Source of the DNA: Bacteroidota bacterium
GTDB lineage: Bacteria > Bacteroidota > Bacteroidia > Bacteroidales > GCA-2748055
DNA length: 64,000 bases
Assembly (NCBI GenBank): GCA_043797815.1
Contig: JAZDPG010000004.1
Span: forward strand, 25,442 to 89,441
Reading direction: 5' to 3'
Below are positions 9,822 through 19,680 of the stretch, piece after piece. Under the pieces are notes generated by a model. That model did no database searches. It was given only the letters and a program-made list of their open reading frames with translations, and was not told the DNA's origin. The position numbers were made by a program, and so were the translations under genes. Position 1 is the first letter of the stretch. Every line of letters starts with the position of its first letter.

Positions 9822-11657
9822 ATGAATCTGAAGAACCGTATATGGTCAATTGTGCTGCTTTCAGCTTTTTCAGTGCTGAATGCGCAGGATGGTAACTTCA
9901 GTGCCACAGCTCCGGCAATGGTCCGGCTGGGTGACCAGTTTCAGTATGTTATCGAAGGATCCGAACAGGGTGACGTTACACTTCCCTCGCTGGAGGGATT
10001 CCAGCTCATGGCAGGACCATTTTCTTCCTATTCCTCCCATTCGCAATGGATCAATGGCAAAATGACCATGGAGAAAGTGGTCACCTATACCCATATTTTG
10101 AGGGCCACCAAGCAGGGAACCCTGACCATTCCCCCGTCAACGGTCAAAGTCGGCAGAAAAGAGTATAAAACCAATCCGGTTCAGATAAGCGTGAACCAGG
10201 GATCAGAACCTGCCCCGGCGGGAGGACAAAGCCAGCCTTCCCAGGGCGAAGGTGAATCTGCACAGGAAACCGATGCCTCCGACCAGGTTTTTCTCAGGGT
10301 GATCCCCTCTAAAAAGGAAGTTTATGTGGGTGAGCAGCTTGTCAGTGCATTAAAGGTATACACACGGGTCAATACAAGGCCTGCTTCAGCCGCCAAGGAT
10401 TTGCCTTACGAGGGTTTCTATAAGAAATCCCTGGATCCGGATGACGCGGCCCAAAGGCAGGATATTGACGGACAACAGTATGTTACCCAGGTGATACAGA
10501 GGCATATACTGATCCCGCAGAAGTCTGGTAAAATTGTGATTGAACCCTACGAGTCGGAATGGATGATTCAGCAGCGGGTCCAGCGAAGGAGCAGCAACAG
10601 CGTGTTTGACAGTTTTTTTGATGATCCCTTCTTCAGCGGGGTCCAGGAAGTGCCGGCCACACTTTCCACCAGTCCCGTTACCATCAACGTCAAACCACTT
10701 CCCGGCAGCGCCCCTGAGGGATTTACCGGGGCAGTGGGCAGTTTTACGATGAAAGCTGAATTGTCGGCCAATGAGATTGATGTGAATGAGGCCCTCAGTC
10801 TGAAGGTAAAAATCCATGGAACAGGAAATTTGCCTCTGATGGGTGAACCGCTTGTGAATCTCCCCCTCGATCATGACCTGTATGATGTATCCAGAACGCT
10901 GGATATCAGCACCTCCGGAAACAGGATCAGCGGCGATATGACCTTTGAATACCCAATTGTTGCAAGGCATGCAGGCAGGTTCAGGATCGCTCCCATTCAG
11001 TTTACCTGGTTCGATCCCTCCAAAGAGAGATACATGACGGAAACTACGGATGAATTTAGTTTTACCGTATTGAAAGGGGAGGCTGAAGCGGGCAACGGGG
11101 CTGTTTATATTCCCGGGGTGATGCATGAAAACGTGGACAACATCGGAACGGACATCCGGGATATTATCAGACCGGTTCCGGAACTGACTCCCATCGCAAG
11201 CTCCCTGCTTGGGAAGGTCTGGTACAGGTTGCTGTTCTTGCTGGTGGCCCTTCTTGCGCTCCTGGTCTTCATCCTGATTAAAATCATGACCAGAAGAAAT
11301 ACGGACCTGAGGCTGGTGAGGAACAGAAAGGCCAGCAGGTCGGCCAGAAGCAGGTTGAAAAAAGCTGAGAAATACAGGAAGAGCGGAGACGTGGACCGGT
11401 TTTACGAAGAGATCGGGAAAGCCATTTGGGGATATCTTGCAGATAAACTGAATATAGAGACCTCGGCTTTGTCCAGGGAAGTGATCACTACCGAACTGGC
11501 TTCCAGGGGAGTGGAAGAGGAATTGCTTACGGAGTATTCAAGGATCCTGGATGACAGTGAATTTTCCCGTTTTGCTCCCAGTTCAGAGAAAAGTGACATC
11601 AATCAGCTCTATAAAGAAGCCGCATTATTAATCAGAAACCTGGAAAACAGCCTGTGA
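9822..11657 (+). CDS. batD: BatD-family oxygen-tolerance protein
   Basis: Signal peptide, large beta-rich ectodomain, one C-proximal TM (LLFLLVALLALLVFILIKIM), at the expected operon position. Confidence 0.8.
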   Translation: MNLKNRIWSIVLLSAFSVLNAQDGNFSATAPAMVRLGDQFQYVIEGSEQGDVTLPSLEGFQLMAGPFSSYSSHSQWINGKMTMEKVVTYTHILRATKQGTLTIPPSTVKVGRKEYKTNPVQISVNQGSEPAPAGGQSQPSQGEGESAQETDASDQVFLRVIPSKKEVYVGEQLVSALKVYTRVNTRPASAAKDLPYEGFYKKSLDPDDAAQRQDIDGQQYVTQVIQRHILIPQKSGKIVIEPYESEWMIQQRVQRRSSNSVFDSFFDDPFFSGVQEVPATLSTSPVTINVKPLPGSAPEGFTGAVGSFTMKAELSANEIDVNEALSLKVKIHGTGNLPLMGEPLVNLPLDHDLYDVSRTLDISTSGNRISGDMTFEYPIVARHAGRFRIAPIQFTWFDPSKERYMTETTDEFSFTVLKGEAEAGNGAVYIPGVMHENVDNIGTDIRDIIRPVPELTPIASSLLGKVWYRLLFLLVALLALLVFILIKIMTRRNTDLRLVRNRKASRSARSRLKKAEKYRKSGDVDRFYEEIGKAIWGYLADKLNIETSALSREVITTELASRGVEEELLTEYSRILDDSEFSRFAPSSEKSDINQLYKEAALLIRNLENSL

Positions 11658-12409
11658 TGAAGCTTTTACATATATGCCTGATTCTCCTGGTTGGAACCAT
11701 CCAACTGTCTGCCGCCACCGATTCGCTCTATAAAGAAGCCATCGAGCTTTATGAAAAAGGAGCGTTCGAAAATGCCATCCTGCAGTACAAGGAGATTCTG
11801 GATTCGGGATATGAGGCTGCAGATCTGTACTATAACATGGGGAATGCAGCCTTCCGTTCCAACAATATCGGGTATGCTGTGCTCTATTTTGAAAAAGCAC
11901 TCAAAATGAATCCTTCCCACCAGGATGCGGCCTACAACCTGGAATACGTATCAAAATATATTGTGGATGCTTTTGAGGAGGTTCCGGAACTTTTTATCAG
12001 GAGATGGATCTCTGCAGTGGTGCACCTGTTGCCTGAGCAAACCTGGAGTATCATGGCACTTGTTGGCTTTGTGCTCATACTTGCATCCTTATTGTTATAT
12101 TTGTTTACCAAAGGACTGGCTCTGAAAAAAGCCGGTTTTTTTGCGGCTCTGACAGGTCTGATCTTTTTCATTTTCACTTTCTCATCAGCCCTGTCACAGC
12201 ATCGCAGCATCGTTCATCCTGGTTACGCGATCATTATTTCCCCTTCGGTGGTTGTTAAAAGCACCCCAAGCCAGTCAGGTACAGAACTTTTTATCCTGCA
12301 TGAAGGAACAAAGGTGGTTGTGAATGAAGAGCTTACCGGTTGGCAGAACATCCGGATCATTGACGGAAGGGAAGGATGGATTCCCTCCGGTGATTTTGAA
12401 AAAATTTAA
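11654..12409 (+). CDS. batE: TPR + SH3b protein BatE
   Basis: TPR motif (LYYNMGNAAFRSNNIGYAVLYFEKALKMNP), two TM segments, and a C-terminal SH3-like GWQNIRIIDGREGWIPS. Confidence 0.75.
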   Translation: MMKLLHICLILLVGTIQLSAATDSLYKEAIELYEKGAFENAILQYKEILDSGYEAADLYYNMGNAAFRSNNIGYAVLYFEKALKMNPSHQDAAYNLEYVSKYIVDAFEEVPELFIRRWISAVVHLLPEQTWSIMALVGFVLILASLLLYLFTKGLALKKAGFFAALTGLIFFIFTFSSALSQHRSIVHPGYAIIISPSVVVKSTPSQSGTELFILHEGTKVVVNEELTGWQNIRIIDGREGWIPSGDFEKI

Positions 12410-12421
12410 ACTTCAGCTTGC

Positions 12422-13570
12422 ATGGCCGTCCATAAAAGTATCGGGGAGATCAATGACAAAATAAGAAAAGGCCAGGCTGTTGTGTTTACTGCCGAGGAGG
12501 TTTCTGCCATGAGCAGGGAGATGACGCCGGCTGAGGTGGCAAGCAAGGTGGATGTGGTCACCACAGCCACTTTCGGACCCATGTGTTCCTCTGGCATGTT
12601 CATTAACGTAGGGCATTCAAATCCACCCATACGGATGGAGAAAGCCACGCTGAACGGGGTTCCGGTCTTTACTGGGATCGCTGCAGTGGATCTCTATATC
12701 GGGGCCACAGAGAACCATCCTGAAAATCCATGCTACGGAGGGGCGCACCTTATAGAAGCGCTTATAGAAGGGAAGGACCTGGAGCTGATTGCCCATGCCA
12801 AAGGGACCGATTGCTATCCCAGAAGGGATATTCATACCACCATCAACCGGGAGAACATCAACGAGATGATGATGTTCAATCCACGAAATGCATATCAGAA
12901 TTATCCGGCTGCAGTGAACACCTCCAACCGGATCAGGTATACTTACATGGGCAGCCTTCTTCCCAAACTGGGCAATGCCAATTACAGCACTTCGGGGGAG
13001 TTAAGCCCCCTGCTGAATGACCCGGAACTGCGTACAATCGGAATGGGAACCAGAATCTTCCTGGGAGGTGCCACCGGTTATGTAGGGTGGTACGGTACCC
13101 AGTTCAAAACCGATGCTGAATTGAATGAGTTCGGAATTCCGGTTTCCAATGCGGCTACCCTGTCGGTGATCGGTGATGCACGCCAGATGAGTACCTCATT
13201 TATTAAGGCAGCATACTATGAAAAGTATGGCGTATCCATGTTTGTGGGAATCGGAATCCCCATACCGGTACTGGATGAAGAGATGGCTTCCAGGGTAATG
13301 ATCCGCAACGACCAGATCACTACCCGCATCCTGGATTATGGTCATCCCGATCATCCCGAACTGGGACGGGTCAATTATGATCGATTGGTGTCGGGTGAAA
13401 TTGAACTAAATGGAAAAATGATCAAAACATCTTCTATGTCAAGTATATACAAGGCAAGGGAGATTGCTGATATCCTAAAAATGAAGATAAGCAAAGGGAG
13501 TTTCCTGTTGTCGGAACCGGTTGAGATGTTTCCTGCAGGCAAAGGGTTGAATTCTCTTGAGGTCAGGTAA
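12422..13570 (+). CDS. DUF39/COG1900 homocysteine-biosynthesis (sulfur incorporation) protein
   Basis: N-terminus KSIGEINDKIRKGQAVVFTAEEV...VDVVTTATFGPM matches the methanogen COG1900 family as I remember it. Confidence 0.8.
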   Translation: MAVHKSIGEINDKIRKGQAVVFTAEEVSAMSREMTPAEVASKVDVVTTATFGPMCSSGMFINVGHSNPPIRMEKATLNGVPVFTGIAAVDLYIGATENHPENPCYGGAHLIEALIEGKDLELIAHAKGTDCYPRRDIHTTINRENINEMMMFNPRNAYQNYPAAVNTSNRIRYTYMGSLLPKLGNANYSTSGELSPLLNDPELRTIGMGTRIFLGGATGYVGWYGTQFKTDAELNEFGIPVSNAATLSVIGDARQMSTSFIKAAYYEKYGVSMFVGIGIPIPVLDEEMASRVMIRNDQITTRILDYGHPDHPELGRVNYDRLVSGEIELNGKMIKTSSMSSIYKAREIADILKMKISKGSFLLSEPVEMFPAGKGLNSLEVR

Positions 13571-13581
13571 AATCAGTTCAC

Positions 13582-14004
13582 ATGAAAAGAGTCAAAAAAA
13601 GAATGGTGTTGCATTTTCCTGCCGAAACCGTCAATGAACCCATCACTTATATCCTGATCAAAGAGTATGATGTGCAGGTGAACATACTCAACGCAGATAT
13701 TACCCACGGGAAGGAAGGAAACCTGCTCATCGAAATGAGCGGTTTAAAAGAGAGCGTTGACGAGGCACTTGTTTACCTGAAAAAGAAGCAGGTAAAGATC
13801 TCGCCTGTCATGAAGACCATCCTTTTCAACAAAGATCAGTGCATCCATTGCGGTGCCTGTTCTTCTGTATGTTTTCCGGGTGCGCTGACCATGGACAGCT
13901 CTTCAAGAAAACTGAAGTTCTCGCCCGATCTTTGTGTGGCCTGTGAGCTCTGTATCAAAGCTTGTCCGCTGCAACTGTTCGAACTGAATTTTGGCATCAA
14001 CTGA
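13582..14004 (+). CDS. NIL-domain / 2x[4Fe-4S] ferredoxin protein
   Basis: NIL-like N-terminus, then CIHCGACSSVC and CVACELCIKACP cluster motifs. Confidence 0.8.
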   Translation: MKRVKKRMVLHFPAETVNEPITYILIKEYDVQVNILNADITHGKEGNLLIEMSGLKESVDEALVYLKKKQVKISPVMKTILFNKDQCIHCGACSSVCFPGALTMDSSSRKLKFSPDLCVACELCIKACPLQLFELNFGIN

Positions 14005-14754
14005 TTGTACCAGCCCCGCTTATACAGAGAAGGGATGAACTCGGAACGGTTCCGGTTCTTTTCTTCCGTCTTCAGGGAATCAGACCTGTTGATTGGGGTA
14101 CCGCACAAAGACTTTCACCCAGACATGCCGGCCCTGAGCCGCAAGGAGCAGATCAGGCTTTATAAACTTCTGTCTGATCATGATGCATCCCACCCGGGAT
14201 TTATGAGCAGCCTTGAGCCACTTCCTGTTCCCGATGGGCTTCCCGGCTTTTCACCTGAGTTGGAACTGATGTACAAATGCGGCATTCAGTCGGGCACAGG
14301 CCCCATGAGTGCAGTTGCCGGATTGTTTGCAGAGGCGGTTGCCCGAAAACTGGATGCATCCTTCGGTATTTCGGAAATGGTGGTTGAGAACGGGGGGGAC
14401 CTGTATATCAGGAACGGGTCTGACCTGTTATCGGTCATTTACGCAGGATCCTCAGCCCTGTCAGAGAAACTGGCCCTGCTCATTCCCGGGGGTAAGTGGG
14501 GGGTATGTACCTCCAGTGGCACTTTGGGGCATTCCTTCAGCAGGGGAAAAGCCGATGCACTAACCGTAGTCGCCAGGAGCACACCGATGGCCGATGCCTG
14601 GGCCACTGCACTGGCCAACCAAGTGCGGGATCTCTCAGATATTGAACCGGTACTGGAAAGGATTGCGCATATTCCGGAGATCCTGACCTGTGTGGTGATC
14701 GTGGGGGACCGGGTGGGTGTACGTGGTGAATTAGAGGTAAAACTTTTATCTTAG
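14005..14754 (+). CDS. UPF0280/COG2122 (ApbE-like) protein
   Basis: YQPRLYRE...FRESDLLIGV N-terminus and position after COG1900/NIL-Fd. TTG start directly after the TGA stop at 14002-14004; alternative ATG at 14035. Confidence 0.65.
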   Translation: MYQPRLYREGMNSERFRFFSSVFRESDLLIGVPHKDFHPDMPALSRKEQIRLYKLLSDHDASHPGFMSSLEPLPVPDGLPGFSPELELMYKCGIQSGTGPMSAVAGLFAEAVARKLDASFGISEMVVENGGDLYIRNGSDLLSVIYAGSSALSEKLALLIPGGKWGVCTSSGTLGHSFSRGKADALTVVARSTPMADAWATALANQVRDLSDIEPVLERIAHIPEILTCVVIVGDRVGVRGELEVKLLS

Positions 14755-14758
14755 TATC

Positions 14759-16462
14759 ATGAACAGCCTGCTCCTGGTCATCCTTTCACTCATCGGGTAT
14801 GTGCTGGCCTACAGGCTTTACGGCAGATACCTGGGCAGGAGGGTCCTCCGCTTGTCCGATGGCCGGAAAATGCCTTCTCATGAATTACAGGACGGAGTGG
14901 ATTATGTGCCCACCAAACGTCATATCATTTTCGGACACCATTTTACCACGATAGCCGGACTGGGTCCCATAGTTGGTCCGGCCATCGGGATCATATGGGG
15001 TTGGTTGCCTGCATTTCTCTGGGTTTTCCTGGGCAGCATCTTCATGGGGGCGGTCCATGATTTCACCACCCTGGTGGTATCAGGAAGGAACAGGGGGAGG
15101 TCCATCGGGGAACTTACCGGCGAAATCATCAGTCCTTCCTCCAGATATGCCCTGCAATTGATTATGCAGCTGCTTCTTTTTATTGTCCTTGCAGTTTTTG
15201 CCATGATTGTGGGTACCTTGTTTGTCATGTACCCTGAAACGGTGATCCCTGTCTGGTTCCAGATTCCAGTGGCGGTCTGGCTTGGATGGCAGATCCGCAG
15301 GGGAAAGAGCGACCTGGTTTATTCAATTATTGCGTTGCTCATGCTCTATGGTTTTATTATCCTCGGCGTACGCTTCCCCGTTTCTCTTCCGTGGGACCAC
15401 CAAACTTCTGTGGTGGTGTGGTGCATCATCCTGTTTATCTACGTCTTTTTTGCCTCCACCATCCCGGTTCAGAAACTATTGCAGCCCAGGGATTATATCA
15501 ATTCCCACCAGCTGTTGGTGGCCATGGCATTCCTGATCCTGGGTGTGATCATAGCACATCCTGTGCTTGCTGCACCGGCCATCAACCAGGCCGCATTTGC
15601 CACCGGTTCTGATGTGCCTGATCTGGCACCCTTCCTCTTCATCATCATTGCCTGCGGGGCCATATCCGGATTCCACTCCCTGGCCAGTTCGGGGACCACA
15701 GTAAAACAGGTGGACAAAGAGCCGGATACCCTGGCGGTGGGTTATGGTGCCATGATCACGGAGAGTCTGCTTGCCGTTCTTGTGATCGTGGCTGCAGGTG
15801 CAGGCCTTGGTATGGGCCTGGAGATCGATGGCCATGTTTTTACCGGTCTGGAAGCCTATCAACACCACTATGCTTCCTGGTCATCGGCCAGCGGCCTGAC
15901 AGCCAAACTGGATGCATTTATCATCGGTTCAGCCAACCTGTTTTCATCTTTCGGTCTGCCACTTCAATATGGAGCTGCATTTGTTGTGGTGTTCATCGTT
16001 TCATTTGCCAATACGACACTGGATTCAGCGGCCAGGATCCAACGAATTTCACTCCAGGAGATCTTTACAAATTCCCAGGGCAGGATCGCCCGGCCAGTTC
16101 ACAACCGCTATTTCGCCACTGCTGTGGTGGTAGTGTCTGCTGCTGCAATGACCTTCTTTAAACCGGGGGGACAGGGAGCCATGGTCCTCTGGCCGCTGTT
16201 CGGTTCCCTGAACCAGCTGATGGCCGCACTTGCACTGGGCGTGGTATCTGTCTATTTTTATATGAAAAAAATCTCCCTGGTTTACACGCTGATTCCCATG
16301 GTTTTGATCCTGGCTATGACCCTGTGGGCCATGGTGAACAATCTGGCTGGTTTTATCAGGGAAGGTGAGGTATTGCTGGGGGTGTTTTCGGGTTTGATCC
16401 TCTTGCTGACCCTCTGGCTTGCTACAGGCAGTCTCCTTGCCCTTGTCGGAAAAAAGGTTTAA
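14759..16462 (+). CDS. cstA: carbon starvation protein A family transporter
   Basis: Polytopic protein. HHFTTIAGLGPIVGPAIG and ACGAISGFHSLASSGTT motifs are typical of CstA. Confidence 0.85.
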   Translation: MNSLLLVILSLIGYVLAYRLYGRYLGRRVLRLSDGRKMPSHELQDGVDYVPTKRHIIFGHHFTTIAGLGPIVGPAIGIIWGWLPAFLWVFLGSIFMGAVHDFTTLVVSGRNRGRSIGELTGEIISPSSRYALQLIMQLLLFIVLAVFAMIVGTLFVMYPETVIPVWFQIPVAVWLGWQIRRGKSDLVYSIIALLMLYGFIILGVRFPVSLPWDHQTSVVVWCIILFIYVFFASTIPVQKLLQPRDYINSHQLLVAMAFLILGVIIAHPVLAAPAINQAAFATGSDVPDLAPFLFIIIACGAISGFHSLASSGTTVKQVDKEPDTLAVGYGAMITESLLAVLVIVAAGAGLGMGLEIDGHVFTGLEAYQHHYASWSSASGLTAKLDAFIIGSANLFSSFGLPLQYGAAFVVVFIVSFANTTLDSAARIQRISLQEIFTNSQGRIARPVHNRYFATAVVVVSAAAMTFFKPGGQGAMVLWPLFGSLNQLMAALALGVVSVYFYMKKISLVYTLIPMVLILAMTLWAMVNNLAGFIREGEVLLGVFSGLILLLTLWLATGSLLALVGKKV

Positions 16463-16731
16463 TATTTCACTGTGAAACCTTGCAAAGTTTCCGGGTCCTT
16501 TTCAGAGATATCCACACTTTCGACCCAACCGTATCCCGGGCCCTCCCTGCACCACTGGAAAAAGGCCATGCATTTTTCAGGATGGCCCTGCACCACGGCA
16601 TAAACCGAACCGTCGGGACGGTTCTCCACCCAACCCTTCAGACCGAGTATTCTGGCCTGGTTACGGGCTGCATACCTGAATCCAACACCCTGGACCCGGC
16701 CATATACTTTGATCTCATACTGCCTGATCAT
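16459..16731 (-). CDS. acyP: acylphosphatase
   Basis: 90 aa with the VYGRVQGVGFR motif. Confidence 0.85.
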   Translation of the reverse strand: MIRQYEIKVYGRVQGVGFRYAARNQARILGLKGWVENRPDGSVYAVVQGHPEKCMAFFQWCREGPGYGWVESVDISEKDPETLQGFTVKY

Positions 16732-16816
16732 GACCCTGTAAAGATCATAAAAATAGATCCAGTGAACAAGGGATCGGCACGGTTGTTATTTTGTAATAAT
16801 TCTTAGATTTAAAACG

Positions 16817-17362
16817 ATGAAAAAAATTACATTCCTTTTGATCACCCTCATGCTTGTCTTGCCAGCCATGTCGCAGGAACGGAAAAGCTTCCATGATTTT
16901 ACCGTGAAGGATATCAGCGGGGAAGATTTCAAACTCTCCCAGCTCAAAGGCAAAAAGGTCCTGGTGGTCAACACAGCCTCCAGGTGCGGACTGACACCGC
17001 AATATGAAGACCTGGAGAAGTTATACCGGGAGTACAGGGACAAAGGGCTGGTGATTGTTGGTTTTCCCAGCAACGATTTTGCCAGCCAGGAACCAGGTAC
17101 CAACGAAGATATTGCTACCTTCTGTACCGTTAATTACGGTGTGACTTTTCCCATGATGTCAAAAATATCTGTAAAGGGTGATGAGATACATCCCCTCTAC
17201 AAATGGCTCACAGAAGCATCTGAAAATGGTGTGGAGGACAGTAGCGTAGCCTGGAACTTTCAAAAATACATGATCGATGAGCAGGGGAACCTGGTGGGGC
17301 ATGTGCCTCCAAGAAAGAAACCCGACACCAAGGAGATCATCGATTGGCTGAACAAAAGCTAA
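16817..17362 (+). CDS. gpx: glutathione peroxidase (Cys-type), exported
   Basis: NTASRCGLTPQY active site, WNFQKYMI, and an N-terminal signal. Confidence 0.9.
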   Translation: MKKITFLLITLMLVLPAMSQERKSFHDFTVKDISGEDFKLSQLKGKKVLVVNTASRCGLTPQYEDLEKLYREYRDKGLVIVGFPSNDFASQEPGTNEDIATFCTVNYGVTFPMMSKISVKGDEIHPLYKWLTEASENGVEDSSVAWNFQKYMIDEQGNLVGHVPPRKKPDTKEIIDWLNKS

Positions 17363-19614
17363 AGCACGATCAGTGAATAGTGCAGTTCATCCTTTAAATC
17401 GGTACGTATAATAATCACATCCCTCTTCTCTTTTCTCCCATCCGGGAATCCTATTTCCTGTGCGGCATGAAGCCCCGGGGGTTTGGATCTGGCCGGATCA
17501 GCAAATTGGGTGATCAACCGGGAACTGTTCGCTTCGCTGAACAACTGATCGGCCTTTCTGCCCAGGACATCCTTCTGTTTCAGATTCCATTGGTTCTCGG
17601 CATACCTGTTAAAAAAGAGCACAAATCCCAGGTTGTTTATGGTGATTACCGAATGGGGTAATTCATTCAGTACGTGCGTAAACTGAGTGGTCTGTTTCTC
17701 GAAGCGTTCCTTCTCCTCCCTCCGTTTCAGATTGGTTTCTTCCAGCCTCTTCTTCAGATCCAGGCTGGCCAGCCTGATCTCCTCTTCCTTCCTGATCAGC
17801 TGCTCGTGCTGTTTCCGCGAAGCCAGTTCCATCTCTTTCTCTTTGGTGATCTCATTGGCAAGGAAGATGACTTTTTCCACCTCTCCGTACATGTCATTCA
17901 CAGACAGGAAGGTGGCCCTGAACCAGAGTTCCTCTTCATATTTCGACTGCATCTTCAACTGCCCCTGAAAAGCCTCGCCCTGGATTACTTTTTCCCATAT
18001 TTCATTGAACCGTTCCTGTTCGCCGGTACCGAAAAAGTCAAATACATTCATTTGATTCAGCTCCATGTCGGTATATTTCAGGGTTTTGCTAAACAGTTTA
18101 TTGCTCAGAATCAGTTTGCCGTCCGGGTAAAAGACAGCTTTTGCATTGAGCCTGTCGATGGCTTCGATCTGTCCCTCATAATCAAGGCTCTGTTTCTTCT
18201 GTTCCGTTGAATCGATGGCCAGAAACAGGATCTTGTCCACTTCGCCATCATCACGCCTTACGCAGGTATAGGTGGCCATAGTCCACAGGTCCTGACCAAG
18301 TTTGGTTTCGTGCTTCATATACCCCTCGAAATGGCGTCCTCCAACCGAAAGCTTGCTCCATAGTGAATTGAACCACAACCGGTCCTTTTCATTGATAAAC
18401 ATGGAGATGTGCTTTCCCTCCACCTCCCTGTTTCCGGAATACCCCAGCTTCTTCAGGAACCTGGTGTTGGCATAGAGAAGAATTCCTTCTGTATCATACT
18501 CGGCACGCATGAGGGTATGGTTCACCGTATTGGTGAAACTGATGAAGATCTCACCCTGTTTGGCAGCCTCCTCCTGGGCCAGTTTCAGTGCTTCCATATT
18601 CTGCCTGACCTGCTCCTCCTGCACCGCCAGCTTATCGGCCTGTGCCTGGGTCTCTTTCAAAAGCTGCTCTGTTCGAAGGTTGCTCTCCATGGTATTGAGG
18701 GTGGTGGCAATATTTTCAGCAACCCGTGCAACGAATTGAATTTTATAATCTTCAATCGGGTTGAAGGAGGCAATTTCGATGATGCCGAAAACCCTGTCAC
18801 TCCAGATCAGGGGTTCAATGATAAGATAACGTGGATTTGCCTTGCCAAGTCCCGAGGTGATGGTCAGGTAGCCATCGGGGATCTTATCTGTATAGAATCC
18901 CTTTTTCTCCATGGCCACTGCACCGATCAGACCGTCACCCCAGGCGATGGATTTATCAGGGAATTTTTTTCTGTCATAGGCATGACATGCGATCATCCGG
19001 AGACGTTTATCATCCCCTTCCTCCTGGGTCATGTAGATGGCTCCCTGATTGGCCCCCAGGTATCTTACCATCCCCGATACAACCATGTAGGCCATGGATT
19101 CGAGCTCCCGGGAATGGGTGCGGAGTATATCCCCAAACTCTGCCAGTCCTTCGGATATCCAGTTTCTCAGGCGTTCATCCAGGCGCCGCTGCCGTTCTAC
19201 CTCCCTGTTCCTGACCAGGGTATCCTTCAGCTTGTTCAAGGAATCCGAGAGGGCCTGATCCATATCCTCAAATGAAAATAAGGTGTTCAGATCACCAGCG
19301 ATCAGTGAATGCGTAAAACGCCTGATTTCGCTGTTCTTCTTGGTTTCATTCCGGATTCTGGCTTTCAGCTTATCAAGCTGTTTGAACCTCCTGTTACCCA
19401 GCCAAGCTCCCAGAATGACTGAGACAATCGGAAGGGTATCCAGCATATAAAGAAACCAAAGCACCCGGTGCATGTGGCCCAATCCGGGGAAGGTGAATCC
19501 TTCACCCATTGCACTGAATAACACCAGGTAAATGAGCAGGATGATCAAAAAACCCAGTGCAAATCCGACGGCACTGCACCTGATGATCATCTCTTTTTTA
19601 TTCAATTCCCCCAT
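17359..19614 (-). CDS. membrane-anchored GAF + multi-PAS sensor protein without recognisable output domain
   Basis: Two N-terminal TM segments, a coiled coil, a GAF-like block, then about three PAS-like blocks reaching the C-terminus. No H-box, GGDEF or HD motif seen. Confidence 0.7.
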   Translation of the reverse strand: MGELNKKEMIIRCSAVGFALGFLIILLIYLVLFSAMGEGFTFPGLGHMHRVLWFLYMLDTLPIVSVILGAWLGNRRFKQLDKLKARIRNETKKNSEIRRFTHSLIAGDLNTLFSFEDMDQALSDSLNKLKDTLVRNREVERQRRLDERLRNWISEGLAEFGDILRTHSRELESMAYMVVSGMVRYLGANQGAIYMTQEEGDDKRLRMIACHAYDRKKFPDKSIAWGDGLIGAVAMEKKGFYTDKIPDGYLTITSGLGKANPRYLIIEPLIWSDRVFGIIEIASFNPIEDYKIQFVARVAENIATTLNTMESNLRTEQLLKETQAQADKLAVQEEQVRQNMEALKLAQEEAAKQGEIFISFTNTVNHTLMRAEYDTEGILLYANTRFLKKLGYSGNREVEGKHISMFINEKDRLWFNSLWSKLSVGGRHFEGYMKHETKLGQDLWTMATYTCVRRDDGEVDKILFLAIDSTEQKKQSLDYEGQIEAIDRLNAKAVFYPDGKLILSNKLFSKTLKYTDMELNQMNVFDFFGTGEQERFNEIWEKVIQGEAFQGQLKMQSKYEEELWFRATFLSVNDMYGEVEKVIFLANEITKEKEMELASRKQHEQLIRKEEEIRLASLDLKKRLEETNLKRREEKERFEKQTTQFTHVLNELPHSVITINNLGFVLFFNRYAENQWNLKQKDVLGRKADQLFSEANSSRLITQFADPARSKPPGLHAAQEIGFPDGRKEKRDVIIIRTDLKDELHYSLIVL

Positions 19615-19680
19615 CCAAGCGAGCTGTAAGCACTAAAATTAGTTAATATTTTCTATTTTTATCCTCCTTATCACCTTGCC

